64,000 nt of DNA from positions 856,040 to 920,039 of the forward strand of contig BOKM01000001.1 of the NCBI GenBank assembly GCA_016860985.1, written 5' to 3'. Below, in pieces: positions 28,604-38,561 of the stretch. Within the stretch, counting starts at the first letter, position 1; the number at the start of each line of letters is the position of its first letter. Under the pieces are notes generated by a model. That model searched no databases, had not been told where the DNA came from, and was given only the letters and a program-made list of their open reading frames with translations. The stretch is from Patescibacteria group bacterium. GTDB lineage: Bacteria > Patescibacteriota > Dojkabacteria > GCA-002793355. The translations under genes and the position numbers were made by a program.

Positions 28604-28984
28604 GTGAAAATCGTTCTAGTGGTCGAAGACTACACCCCTCTCTTTCGTGCGGTCAATGAAAAGTTTTTACGTTTCGGAATAACTGCGGTGCAAGTTGTCA
28701 GTTATGACGAAGCTACAAAATATCTGGTTGAACACGCAGAGAATATCGGTTTAGTTTGGTTAGATCACTACCTTATCGGAGAAAAAACAGGACTGGATGT
28801 ACTCGCATTCATGAAGGACAAGAATAATATGAAGGATATACCCGTTCTGGCAGTATCAAACGAGTCGAATCATAATCGAATGAAGCAGTACAAAGCGCTT
28901 GGTGCAAAAGAGTACTACATTAAAGTAGGAAACCGACTTGCAGAAATTGCAGAAGAAGCAAAAAAACTCTTATCTGTTGAGTAG
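28604..28984 (+). CDS. Single-domain response regulator (REC)
   Basis: LVVED, VWLD (phospho-Asp), SN, YYIK; GTG start directly after the kinase. Confidence 0.88.
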   Translation: MKIVLVVEDYTPLFRAVNEKFLRFGITAVQVVSYDEATKYLVEHAENIGLVWLDHYLIGEKTGLDVLAFMKDKNNMKDIPVLAVSNESNHNRMKQYKALGAKEYYIKVGNRLAEIAEEAKKLLSVE

Positions 28985-29019
28985 TGTTGCTACAACCTCC
29001 GTTAGTGAAGTAATTGAAA

Positions 29020-29412
29020 CTACTGTTCTTTCCAACTCTCAATTATTATTGAGGTCGCTACACTATCAACTACAACTTGAATCCTCTTAGTACTTTCTCC
29101 ATTTGTTGCAGATACAGGAATAGTGTAGCTGCCAAGAGAACTAGTGATTGTTCCAATCGAACAATCCTGAGTACCTGAGAGGGTAATGCTCTCGTTGCCT
29201 GTGTAAGAGGTACTGATTCTCAGTTTTTCAAGCGCGATTTCTGCGCACGACTCTGCTGCGTAAGCAGCCTTTTCTCCCTCTCTTAACACCTTCGCAGAAA
29301 TCGCATTATCAGTAGACTGAAAAAGCATAAGGCTTGCGATAATTGCAGATACTGAACCCAAAATGAGTACGGTCGTGATTGCGGTAGAGGCCTTTGTGCG
29401 TAATTTGCTCAT
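29020..29412 (-). CDS. PilX/GspK-like minor pilin
   Basis: KA|STAIT (no E5), hydrophobic helix, AAYAAESCAEIAL. Confidence 0.75.
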   Translation of the reverse strand: MSKLRTKASTAITTVLILGSVSAIIASLMLFQSTDNAISAKVLREGEKAAYAAESCAEIALEKLRISTSYTGNESITLSGTQDCSIGTITSSLGSYTIPVSATNGESTKRIQVVVDSVATSIIIESWKEQ

Positions 29413-29933
29413 AGTCCAGGTCGAATAACAATTGAAGTGGCATAGTTTCGCTGATAGGATAAATCGTTTCTTCCACCGGGGTTACTGTACGAAGCGGTAA
29501 AGCTAACGTTTACGACACTTAACGTTGTCGACACGGCAACTCTTCTGAAGCTCAAATTACTCAGCACTACTCTATTTGAGGTTAGCAATGTAGTGCTTCC
29601 TGGAGTTGTAGTTTGTTGAAGTACTCCTCCGTTCAAAGAATAAGATCTATTGTATGCAGGAGTACCTGTTCGAGCATAAGTGAGTGTATTTCCTGTTGCT
29701 CCTGGTGCAGGTGCTGAAATGCTTTGTGCATCTTTTAGGTCACGTTTTAGAAGTTGCATAACCATCATTGCTTCGTTTTCTACTTCAATAACAGACTGTT
29801 GCTTGTTGCGTGCGGTGAACATCTCTCTTACCACTCCACCAATTGCAAAAATCATGCCTGAAAGCAACGCCATGTACAAAAGCACTTCGACGAGGCTAGA
29901 TGCTTTAAGTTTTAAAATAGGTTTATTCTGCAT
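29409..29933 (-). CDS. PilW/GspJ-like minor pilin
   Basis: KLKA|SSLVEVLLYMAL, LKRDLKDA. Confidence 0.82.
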   Translation of the reverse strand: MQNKPILKLKASSLVEVLLYMALLSGMIFAIGGVVREMFTARNKQQSVIEVENEAMMVMQLLKRDLKDAQSISAPAPGATGNTLTYARTGTPAYNRSYSLNGGVLQQTTTPGSTTLLTSNRVVLSNLSFRRVAVSTTLSVVNVSFTASYSNPGGRNDLSYQRNYATSIVIRPGL

Positions 29934-31389
29934 CGAGAATCACAATTTCATTAGTATTGTCTGTTGTGCCAATGTAGGCGCGGTCGTTAACTGAATCCCA
30001 CGCAACGCTTCGGTAGGTCGAAGCAGCTGCGTTATACAATCCGCGGCGAACCGGCGCGGTTGGTGTCGAGAAATCTACGACTTCAAATTCGTTTGTAGCA
30101 CTTGCGGTCGCGAGAAATAGAAAGCTGCGTGCTGGGTCAACATCCGCATCATAAATCAAATACGCTGCTGTATAAGCTCCAAGGTATGTGGGGGAATTTG
30201 GGGTAGATACATCATAAAAATATATTTGGGAGCCGGTTACAGTGCCCGATCTGCGGTACAAAATCAACACATCTCCACTCACAATCATATCAAAACGACC
30301 GGTGATGGTAGTTGGTAAATTGACTGTGTTGTCGAGAGAAGGTGCCGCCGTGTTACTAACGTCAATCACATGCAGTTCTTGCGCTGTATTCGAGGTCGTC
30401 ACATACACGTAGGTATTATCTCGAACAAGTACGTCGTAATAGGTAGCCGAAGATTGGAGTACACCTTGTGCAGTGTATGTTGTGGTCCCGGTATTTTGTA
30501 GTATGTTAAATTCGGCGGTGGTTCCATTTGCTGTACGTGTTACATATAGTGTATTTCCATTCGCTGTAATTCCGTTCGCATCTGTATTCCCTGACATATT
30601 TAATGTTCCAATCAGATTTCGCGTTGATGCATCAATTCCTGTAACTTCTCTAGTATTGTTGGCACTTGAATAATAGAACCTACGAATTCCATCTCCTGCT
30701 AGATATCTATGCCCAACGTCAGTATGTACAGCATTTAGGTTAACATTACTACCTTGGCTGATTGTTGGAAAGGCAGAAACATCAAAGGAGGTAAAATAAG
30801 AAGATCTGGAACCGTTAAGTAAAAGTGCGTAAAGTACTCCACCGTAGAATTTAAGGTAGGTCACATCATAGGCGGTTGTGGTAATCGCATGGTTTTTATT
30901 AAACACAGGAGTCTGCCAAGCAACGGTTGGAGGTGTAATGATGTCCTGCCAATTGGTGAGCATGGTAATAACTGACTCTGAGCCCGTTCTACCCGCATTG
31001 TTCCAACTTACCGTAACAGTCGCGAGTTTTCGCTCTACAGTTGGGGCAGTTATGGTCACAGACCGTGTGTAGATTCCTCCTTCTAACGACTCCGAACTTC
31101 CGGAGAGAATCCAATCGGTGCCGTTAAAAGAAAACCCGTAGGTACCATTCGGTAAATTTGTTAATGCATCTTTTCGAATATAACGTAACAATTCTGCTCC
31201 TTCAGAAGCATACCTTATTGCAGTCTTTTGTGTGTTTGGAATCTTTGTAGTGCTAATGCTGTAGGTAAGTGCACCGATTAAGAAGGTCGCATATGCCATA
31301 AATATCGAGATGGCAAGGATAATTTCTACTGCACCAGAGCCAGAGAGCCGATATCGTTTAAAAATTTTAGTTATACGTAAGCCTTCCAT
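29923..31389 (-). CDS. PilV/GspI-like minor pilin fused to a C-terminal LVIVD-type beta-propeller
   Basis: LSG|SGAVEIILAI, ASEGAELLR, YTRSVTI..VTVSW, then ELHVIDVSNTAAP, IYFYDVSTPNSP, FEVVDFSTPTAP. Start 31389 or 31422. Confidence 0.8.
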   Translation of the reverse strand: MEGLRITKIFKRYRLSGSGAVEIILAISIFMAYATFLIGALTYSISTTKIPNTQKTAIRYASEGAELLRYIRKDALTNLPNGTYGFSFNGTDWILSGSSESLEGGIYTRSVTITAPTVERKLATVTVSWNNAGRTGSESVITMLTNWQDIITPPTVAWQTPVFNKNHAITTTAYDVTYLKFYGGVLYALLLNGSRSSYFTSFDVSAFPTISQGSNVNLNAVHTDVGHRYLAGDGIRRFYYSSANNTREVTGIDASTRNLIGTLNMSGNTDANGITANGNTLYVTRTANGTTAEFNILQNTGTTTYTAQGVLQSSATYYDVLVRDNTYVYVTTSNTAQELHVIDVSNTAAPSLDNTVNLPTTITGRFDMIVSGDVLILYRRSGTVTGSQIYFYDVSTPNSPTYLGAYTAAYLIYDADVDPARSFLFLATASATNEFEVVDFSTPTAPVRRGLYNAAASTYRSVAWDSVNDRAYIGTTDNTNEIVILDAE

Positions 31390-31831
31390 CTGTTGAAAAC
31401 ACAATTGATTTTGCATCTGCACTGTCAGATGTTACGGATACGGTAGTAGCGGCCGAAGGAACTCCTGTCGTTTTTGCAAAAAGCACTTCAGGCGACCCTG
31501 ACGTAACGGAAATTGAGATTTTACTGCTATCAAAACTGAGAATATCATCGTAAATTTGATTCCGAGTCGCATATGAGTTACCGGCAAACACAATAACACT
31601 GCTGGATTGAATCGATACTCCCCAACTTGAATCGTGTCTTCCTTGTTGAGCATAAAGCTGTGCCTTTCTGAGTGCATGACCAATTTGAGATTGTGCGCTT
31701 TCTGTCTGGATTCGATATGTAATTCCTGAATCGAGTGCAAAAGGAACGGTTGCGAGAATACCCATAAGCGATACTGTAAGCAGCACTTCAATGATGGTCA
31801 TAGCTTGTAGTTGGGGCAACTTTTGGTTCAT
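31367..31831 (-). CDS. FimT/GspH-like minor pilin
   Basis: QA|MTIIEVLL, LRKAQLYA, SWGV, FAKTTG.P. Confidence 0.82.
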   Translation of the reverse strand: MNQKLPQLQAMTIIEVLLTVSLMGILATVPFALDSGITYRIQTESAQSQIGHALRKAQLYAQQGRHDSSWGVSIQSSSVIVFAGNSYATRNQIYDDILSFDSSKISISVTSGSPEVLFAKTTGVPSAATTVSVTSDSADAKSIVFSTDGRLTYN

Positions 31832-32886
31832 TAGTAAATATTAAGATTTCCGACAATGTTATACAGCGGGAATATGACTGCAAGCGCAACAAGTAGTACA
31901 AAGAACCAAACGACGACAATAAGGAGTGGCTCAATAACAGCAGAAAGTGTTTGAGTGCTTAAATCCATCTTTTTTTGGTAGATGTCACCTATCTTGTTAA
32001 AGATTTCTGGAAGGTGTCCTGATTTTTCGGCTGATGAAACGAGGTTTTGTACAGAGCGAGGAAAAAGGCGGTCAGTTTTTTTGTACTCTGAAAATAGTGC
32101 ACTAAAGGTGACTCCATTTTCTACTCCATGTGCTAAAAATTCATAAAATTTCTGGTATCTCCGAGTCGTTGTGTAATCTCTCAAAAAGTTTAAACCATCG
32201 GTGATAACGATACCAGAGTTACTTAAGAGTCCAAGCAAAAAGCCGAATCGTGCAATTTCAATCTGTCGAAAAATATCCTTAATTCCTGGAAGTCTGAATA
32301 GTAGTTCTTGTCCCCAATGTTTTGTTTGTTTATTAATAAACAGAAGGTAAATAATGAGAGCAACAAAAAGGAAAAATAGAGGCGCAACAATGTATCCGTA
32401 CTTTTGTAAAAAAGTACCTGCGGCAAGAAGAAAAAGCGTAATTGCAGGTAATTCTCCCCCAAGCTTCGAGAAAGTTTCTGAAATTTTAGGGAGAATAACA
32501 AAAGCATTTACGCCTCCGAGTACAATAACCATAGCCAAAATAAAAGCCGGATATATTGAGGCAGCAACAACCTTAGACTTAAATTCTTTGTCTCGAGCGT
32601 ATTGCGCAGCAACCATAGATAACTGCTCTTTTAGTTTTCCAGATTGTTCTCCGGTTCGGATAAATGAGAGGAATTGCTCTGGAATAATATTCGTGCCTCG
32701 AAACGCTTGCCACAGTTGGTCACCACTATCTACCCTGTCTCGGATTTTTGCAATCTTTTGCTTGAGATCCTTTTGAGAAACTTCCTCTTCTAGAGATAAT
32801 AGTGCAGTACTCACATCCATACCCGCTTCAAGAAGAATCGAAAGTTGCTCGAGTACAAAGCTTTTTTCGTCGTTATTTCTGGCCAT
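31831..32886 (-). CDS. pilC: Type IV pilus/T2SS platform protein (PilC/GspF)
   Basis: QLSILLEAGM, GEQSGKL, AASIYP, AEKSGHL, IEPLLI. Confidence 0.92.
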   Translation of the reverse strand: MARNNDEKSFVLEQLSILLEAGMDVSTALLSLEEEVSQKDLKQKIAKIRDRVDSGDQLWQAFRGTNIIPEQFLSFIRTGEQSGKLKEQLSMVAAQYARDKEFKSKVVAASIYPAFILAMVIVLGGVNAFVILPKISETFSKLGGELPAITLFLLAAGTFLQKYGYIVAPLFFLFVALIIYLLFINKQTKHWGQELLFRLPGIKDIFRQIEIARFGFLLGLLSNSGIVITDGLNFLRDYTTTRRYQKFYEFLAHGVENGVTFSALFSEYKKTDRLFPRSVQNLVSSAEKSGHLPEIFNKIGDIYQKKMDLSTQTLSAVIEPLLIVVVWFFVLLVALAVIFPLYNIVGNLNIY

Positions 32887-32887
32887 G

Positions 32888-34555
32888 TTAGTCTGAAATT
32901 TGGGCTACTCGGAGCACCTCATCTAATGTAGTCACACCATGTTTTACCTTTTCAATTCCGTCTTTGAATAACGAAATCATGCCTTGCTTTAAGGCGAGCT
33001 TTCTAATTTCGTCTGCAGAAGGTTTCGAAAGAAGGAGTTCTCGCATTTCTTTTGTTACCGATATCATTTCAAATATAGCAGACCTCCCTTTATATCCTCT
33101 GAAGTTACAAACCTTGCAACCCTTTGCTTGATACAAGGTCGTTGCTTTTCCGAGGTACTTTGCTGTTGTTCCGTATTGTTTTTCTAGTTCCTTCGAATTT
33201 GCTTTGTAACTTACTTTACATGCGTCACATAGTTTTCGGACAAGGCGCTGTGAAACAATAAGCTCGAGTGTTGATGAAAGCAAAAATGCTTCAGTACCCA
33301 TATCTATCATCCTCGGGACTACTGTTGACGCATCGTTCGCGTGGAACGTTGAGAGAAGTAGGTGCCCAGTAAGCGCCGCGTTCACTGCAATCTCAGCAGA
33401 ATCTTTATCTCTAATTTCTCCAACAAGAATAATATCTGGATCTTGTCGTACCAACGATCGCAACCCGGAGGCAAAGGTAATTCCGGTTTCTTTGTTTACT
33501 TGAACTTGTGTCGCACCTTTGATGCGGTATTCGACTGGATCTTCGATGGTCATAATGTTTAGCCCTGGAGTAATAACTTTGCTTAATACGGCGTAAAGTG
33601 TGGTCGATTTTCCTGAACCCGTCGGTCCAGATACCACAATCATTCCGAATGGTTTTTTGGCAGCATCTGCAAGTAATTTTTGATGAGTCTCTGATAATCC
33701 GATTTGATCAAGACCTAACCCACCGACCACTTGTGAAAGAATACGTAAGGCAAGCTTTTCTCCGTAAAGAGATGGAACAAACGATACACGAAGGTCGTAC
33801 TGTTTTTTGTGCCAATCGTGGCTAAACGAACCGTCTTGAATCGATTGATGCTCATCGAGCCGGAGTCGTGCGAGTACTTTGATTCGGTTGACCACTTTCT
33901 CGTACGTATCGCTAGTGATATCTGCCATTTCGTGGAGCATACCATCGATTCTGAATCGAATAACAACTGCAAAGGCAGCAGGTTCAAGGTGGATATCGGT
34001 TGCTCTACTCTCGTATGCGCTAGATAAAATTTCATCAATAAGTTGTTTGATTTGTACTTCGGGTTGCGAAAGTATAACTTGGAGTTTTTGTTGCAGCGGA
34101 ACCTCGTAACTGGTGAAAAGTGCTTCAATATCTTCAGTTAAGGAGTAGGCAACTCTGATTTTCTCTACATTTTCGAATGCCTTTGTTGTCGCGGCTAAAT
34201 CTTCTAATTCGCGGATAAGTTTAGGATTTTTGGGGTCATCTGTCGCAAACGTAAGCAAACCATTGGTATTGGAGAATATTACCAAATTGTATTCTCGCGC
34301 AATTTTTTCGGGGATTGCACGTACTTGAGATTCATCTGGAATAAGGGAGTTTAAGTCGGCATATGGAACACGGAAGTACTCGGCAATTGCTTGCCCCAGT
34401 AGATCTTTCGTTAAAAGCTCTTCGCTAATGAGCACTGTCGTTAAGGGAAGTCCGCGTGTCTTTGCTCTTTGGAGCATTACCGTTGCGACCTCTTCTTCGA
34501 GGTAACTTTGCTGAACAAGAATTTTGCTTAGCTGTTCGTCATTGAGTTTGTTCAT
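32888..34555 (-). CDS. pilB: Type IV pilus assembly ATPase (PilB/GspE)
   Basis: ATDIHLEP, RFRIDG, GPTGSGKSTT, TIEDPVE, RQDPDIILVGEIRD, AALTGHL, two CxxC. Confidence 0.95.
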   Translation of the reverse strand: MNKLNDEQLSKILVQQSYLEEEVATVMLQRAKTRGLPLTTVLISEELLTKDLLGQAIAEYFRVPYADLNSLIPDESQVRAIPEKIAREYNLVIFSNTNGLLTFATDDPKNPKLIRELEDLAATTKAFENVEKIRVAYSLTEDIEALFTSYEVPLQQKLQVILSQPEVQIKQLIDEILSSAYESRATDIHLEPAAFAVVIRFRIDGMLHEMADITSDTYEKVVNRIKVLARLRLDEHQSIQDGSFSHDWHKKQYDLRVSFVPSLYGEKLALRILSQVVGGLGLDQIGLSETHQKLLADAAKKPFGMIVVSGPTGSGKSTTLYAVLSKVITPGLNIMTIEDPVEYRIKGATQVQVNKETGITFASGLRSLVRQDPDIILVGEIRDKDSAEIAVNAALTGHLLLSTFHANDASTVVPRMIDMGTEAFLLSSTLELIVSQRLVRKLCDACKVSYKANSKELEKQYGTTAKYLGKATTLYQAKGCKVCNFRGYKGRSAIFEMISVTKEMRELLLSKPSADEIRKLALKQGMISLFKDGIEKVKHGVTTLDEVLRVAQISD

Positions 34556-34916
34556 GGAGCAGTTTTTTTACATAATCTACGATATCCTTAATCGGTGTAT
34601 TCGATTTTACAAAATATTCCTTTGCACCTAACGCCTTTACTCTGGCGACATCTTCTTCTTGACTCAAATTTGAAAGAACAATGACATCTAACGTAATTTT
34701 ATCTTTTGCAAGATTTTCTAAAACAGTAAAACCGTCCATCTCTGGGAGCATAAGATCAAGCAAGAGAAGGTCAATGTGAGTTGACTTTACACGGTCAAGA
34801 CACTCCCGACCATTACCTGCAATCAGGACATCCATTCCTTCCCTTTTAAGTTTTAAACTCAATGCAGTTGCTAATGGCTTTTCATCGTCAACAACGAGTA
34901 CGGTTTTCACCTTCAT
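34539..34916 (-). CDS. Single-domain response regulator heading the pilus operon
   Basis: LVVDDE, LLLDLMLPEMDG, LSN, YFVK; overlaps the pilB start. Confidence 0.93.
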   Translation of the reverse strand: MKVKTVLVVDDEKPLATALSLKLKREGMDVLIAGNGRECLDRVKSTHIDLLLLDLMLPEMDGFTVLENLAKDKITLDVIVLSNLSQEEDVARVKALGAKEYFVKSNTPIKDIVDYVKKLLHEQTQ

Positions 34917-34963
34917 ACAGTAATTATAGTATCGAAATTTGAATATACCGTCAAATCGCAGTA

Positions 34964-36058
34964 TTACAGAAAATCCTCATATCCACGTGTCTTTAGAATG
35001 TCGTGCACTTCTTTGACTTTGTTTGCCATCTCTTTAGGAACAACAAGAATCGAATCTGGTGTCTCAACTACGACCGTGTCTTTAATTCCGACGAGTGCTA
35101 TGAGTTTTTTGGTGTCTGAAAGAACGAGATTATCTTTACTTTCTACTTCGATTACCTCAGTTTGGTGTGTCTCAATGGCTTCTTCTAGGTAATACCGAGC
35201 TACGTCGTCCCATGTAGTTATATGCGTCCACTTGTAAGGTACGATAACTGCCTGAACTTCTCCTCTTTTCATGAGTTGCTTTGTAACAAGCTCGATTCTT
35301 CCTGGTTCAAATTGCTCGTAAAGACGCTTCACTTTTTCTTCTTCGTCTTTAGTGCCAAGCACTTCTTGTATTTTCATGAGGACGTTGTACCAGTCTGGTC
35401 GGAATTCTTTTATTGCGTTGAGTAATTTTGCGGGGGTCCAGGTGTTGTGATTGCAATGTGTTCCGACTTTGTCTTGTGTCGCAATTTCTGTAACCTGTTC
35501 TAAGGTCATTCTGTCTTTTACTACATCAATAAAATCAGAAACTTGATGCACGATAATTCCGTTAGTTGAAGGAACGTTGGCTCCGAGTTTAAGTAAGTCG
35601 CTGCCCGTTTCAAGATAGCGGGGGATTTGAGTTCCTGTTACCAATTGCCCGTATTTTTTGACGAGCTTTTCCATACTTTCGACCATATCAAGGTACTTAT
35701 CCGTAGGGTTACGGACTATCGGAGATTGCACGTAAAACATGACAACTTCGTCAGGAAATTTTTGATAGAGCTTCAACATCGCAAACCCAGAGGCAGGTCC
35801 CGTATCTCGACCTTCGGGTGGTTCTATAATGTAATTTTCTCCAGGGATTTGTGGCGCTTGTTCTCTTACAAAATGAAGTAGCTTTTCTGTGGTGGACACA
35901 TAAATATCATAAGGGGAGTATCGTTCGAGCAGTGCCTCCACATTCAACTGGAAAAGAGTTTTCTTCCCAATTAATGGATAAAACTGTTTCGGTGCGTCTT
36001 CTCTACTAACTGGCCAGAGCTTGGTGCCCGAGCCCCCTGCCATTATGATAAATTTCAT
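34964..36058 (-). CDS. manC: Mannose-1-phosphate guanylyltransferase-like nucleotidyltransferase
   Basis: IMAGGSGTKLWPVSR..PKQF, IEP..RDTGPA, ALVGIKDTVVVET.DSILV. Confidence 0.85.
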   Translation of the reverse strand: MKFIIMAGGSGTKLWPVSREDAPKQFYPLIGKKTLFQLNVEALLERYSPYDIYVSTTEKLLHFVREQAPQIPGENYIIEPPEGRDTGPASGFAMLKLYQKFPDEVVMFYVQSPIVRNPTDKYLDMVESMEKLVKKYGQLVTGTQIPRYLETGSDLLKLGANVPSTNGIIVHQVSDFIDVVKDRMTLEQVTEIATQDKVGTHCNHNTWTPAKLLNAIKEFRPDWYNVLMKIQEVLGTKDEEEKVKRLYEQFEPGRIELVTKQLMKRGEVQAVIVPYKWTHITTWDDVARYYLEEAIETHQTEVIEVESKDNLVLSDTKKLIALVGIKDTVVVETPDSILVVPKEMANKVKEVHDILKTRGYEDFL

Positions 36059-36072
36059 TTTTTCTGCGCCGT

Positions 36073-38001
36073 TTAAATATCAAGCATCGCGTATTTCGCG
36101 TATTGCTGAATAAACTTTTTACGTGGTCCAACCTCTGTACCCATGAGCATGTCAAAAAGTGAATCTGCTGCAGCAGCGTCTGCTACTGAGACCTTTTTGA
36201 GTACTCGTTTGTCTACATCCATAGTTGTTTCTTTTAGCTGGTCAGGGTTCATTTCTCCAAGACCTTTGAATCGTTGCACACTCTTGATTTTATGACCAGC
36301 TTTGATTTCTTTTTCTACAAATTTGTCTTTTTCGATTTCGCTTACAAACCAGTATTTTTCTTTTCCAACTTCGACTTTGAACAATGGTGGTTGCGCAATG
36401 AATACTCGACCATCATCAATAAGTCTTCTCATAAATCGATAGAAGAAGGTAAGTACCAAAATCACAATGTGTGAACCGTCCACATCTGCATCTGTCATGA
36501 TGATAATCTTTCCGTAGCGAAGCCGTGTCATATCCATTTGGTCTGCGATACCACAACCAATTGCGGTAACAAGATCTTTTAGTCGGTAGTTCGCCAGTAC
36601 GCGATCTACTCTGTGTTTTTCCGCGTTGATTGGCTTACCCGTGAGTGGGAGAATCGCTTGAAATTCTCGGTCTCTACCCTGCTTTGCCGATCCACCTGCG
36701 CTATCACCCTCTACGATGAATAGCTCGGACTTATCTTTATCTTTAGTTGAACAGTCGGCAAGTTTACCTGGTAAAGCAGTAAACGTCAGTGCACTCTTTC
36801 TAAGGATAGCATTACGTGCTGCTTTAGCCGCATTTCTTGCCTTTAAGGAAAGGATAGCTCGAGAAATAATCTGCTTTGCATCTTGTGGGTTTTCGGTAAA
36901 GAATTCAGCTAAAGCGTCAGACACAACTGCCTGCACAGCACTCTTTGCTTCTGGGTTGTTAAGCTTGATTTTTGTTTGGCCTTCGAATTGCGGGTTACCA
37001 ATTTTAATCGAAATAATTGCAGTTAACCCTTCGCGAACGTCTTCTCCTTCAAGTTTTGTTTTTTCGTCTAGCAATTTATTTGCCATTCCGTATTTGTTGA
37101 TTGCTGACGTAAGTGCTGCTTTAAAACCTGCTAAGTGAGTGCCTCCTTCTGGGTTCTCGATATTGTTTGCAAAAGTTCTAATCTTGTCGGTCATAGAATC
37201 GGTATAAAGGAATCCGACTTCGACCATAATATCGTCCTTTTCTTTGCTAACATAAAAAGGCGTCTTCATTATTGCGGTTCCTGTTTGTTGGTTGTGAACG
37301 AACGATAAGATTCCCTTTTCGAAATAGTAACGCTTTATAGTCGGTGTCGCGGTAGTTTCGTTTACAAAGGTAAAATTGATGCCGGACGTTAAGAATCCTT
37401 GATAATGCAGTCTCGTTTCAATTGTTTTTGGGTTATATTGCAAGTCACCGAATATCTCTGGATCAGGTGTAAAAAATTGCGTTGTACCTGTTCGTTCTTT
37501 GTACTCGGAGAGTGGTTTTTCGGTCAGTTCTGTTTGAGGAATACCTTGTTTATATTCTTGAGTGTATCTTTTTCCGTTACGGCAAACCGAGGTCACCATT
37601 TTTATTGAAAGTGCGTTGGTACATGACATACCTACGCCGTGAAGACCTCCGGAGACTTTATAGGCACCTTTGTCGAATTTTCCACCTGCGTGTAGAACGG
37701 TCATAACGGTTTCAAGCGCGCTTCGTCCGGTTTCTGGATGAATATCGACAGGAATACCTCGACCGTTATCTGTTACAGATATTGAGTTATCTTTGTGCAA
37801 AACAACGGTAATGTGAGTTGCAAAGCCTGCGAGAGCTTCATCTACCGCGTTATCGAGCACTTCATAAAAAATATGATTCAAGCCATTGATGTCAGTTGAA
37901 CCTACATACATGGCTGGTCTTTGGCGGACTGCCTCAAGGCCTTTAAGAACAGTAATATTTGCTGCGCTATAGTTGTTTTGTGTTGTTGGTGTCTTGGTCA
38001 T
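36073..38001 (-). CDS. gyrB: Type IIA topoisomerase B subunit (GyrB)
   Basis: LEAVRQRPAMY, EVLDNAVDE, DNGRGIP, SGGLHGVG, EGDSAGGS, MTDADVDGSHI, QRFKGLGEM. ParE is not strictly excluded. Confidence 0.92.
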   Translation of the reverse strand: MTKTPTTQNNYSAANITVLKGLEAVRQRPAMYVGSTDINGLNHIFYEVLDNAVDEALAGFATHITVVLHKDNSISVTDNGRGIPVDIHPETGRSALETVMTVLHAGGKFDKGAYKVSGGLHGVGMSCTNALSIKMVTSVCRNGKRYTQEYKQGIPQTELTEKPLSEYKERTGTTQFFTPDPEIFGDLQYNPKTIETRLHYQGFLTSGINFTFVNETTATPTIKRYYFEKGILSFVHNQQTGTAIMKTPFYVSKEKDDIMVEVGFLYTDSMTDKIRTFANNIENPEGGTHLAGFKAALTSAINKYGMANKLLDEKTKLEGEDVREGLTAIISIKIGNPQFEGQTKIKLNNPEAKSAVQAVVSDALAEFFTENPQDAKQIISRAILSLKARNAAKAARNAILRKSALTFTALPGKLADCSTKDKDKSELFIVEGDSAGGSAKQGRDREFQAILPLTGKPINAEKHRVDRVLANYRLKDLVTAIGCGIADQMDMTRLRYGKIIIMTDADVDGSHIVILVLTFFYRFMRRLIDDGRVFIAQPPLFKVEVGKEKYWFVSEIEKDKFVEKEIKAGHKIKSVQRFKGLGEMNPDQLKETTMDVDKRVLKKVSVADAAAADSLFDMLMGTEVGPRKKFIQQYAKYAMLDI

Positions 38002-38067
38002 GTCAGTGAATTATAACATAAGAAAATGAGTGGTGGACCTCTATAAATGTGTGAAATTTCTTGTGGT

Positions 38068-38481
38068 TTAATCGTTAAGTACGAGTGACACAGTTGCCCG
38101 CTCACTTGCGTTAAAGGTGCCAGTAGAAATATAAGGAACAATTACCTGAGCGCACATTTCTGCTGTACTCGAGGTTATAACGCGAAGCGTAACCTGCTCT
38201 GGGTAGCTTTCGGCTACCAATACTTCGGTTTTAACTTCGGTGCAAGGATTAGGGAGCTGTGCACTGATTTCGTACTCCCATGTATTGTTTTCTACATATG
38301 TGGCTTCAAGAGTGAATCCATTTTGTGTCTTAACGATTGTTCCATTAAGGGGTGTTGGTGTCGGAGTGCCTTTGGGTGGCAGAAGCGTACTTGAAGTGAT
38401 AGATGGCCAAGCAAGATAAATCCCAACAGAAAGAAGGGCAAAGGTGACGACTCCAATAACTGCTACCGTACGGTTACTCAT
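38068..38481 (-). CDS. Membrane-anchored protein with PrcB C-terminal-like Ig domain
   Basis: TM helix, PTPTP linker, LPNPC..CAQVIVPY; start MSNRT at 38481. Confidence 0.6.
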   Translation of the reverse strand: MSNRTVAVIGVVTFALLSVGIYLAWPSITSSTLLPPKGTPTPTPLNGTIVKTQNGFTLEATYVENNTWEYEISAQLPNPCTEVKTEVLVAESYPEQVTLRVITSSTAEMCAQVIVPYISTGTFNASERATVSLVLND

Positions 38482-38561
38482 AGAAAGTATATCCAGCTTA
38501 ATTACTGTTCCATTATGCGTATTCTTCACTCTACTTGTCAAATGCTATAAAATGCGGACGT

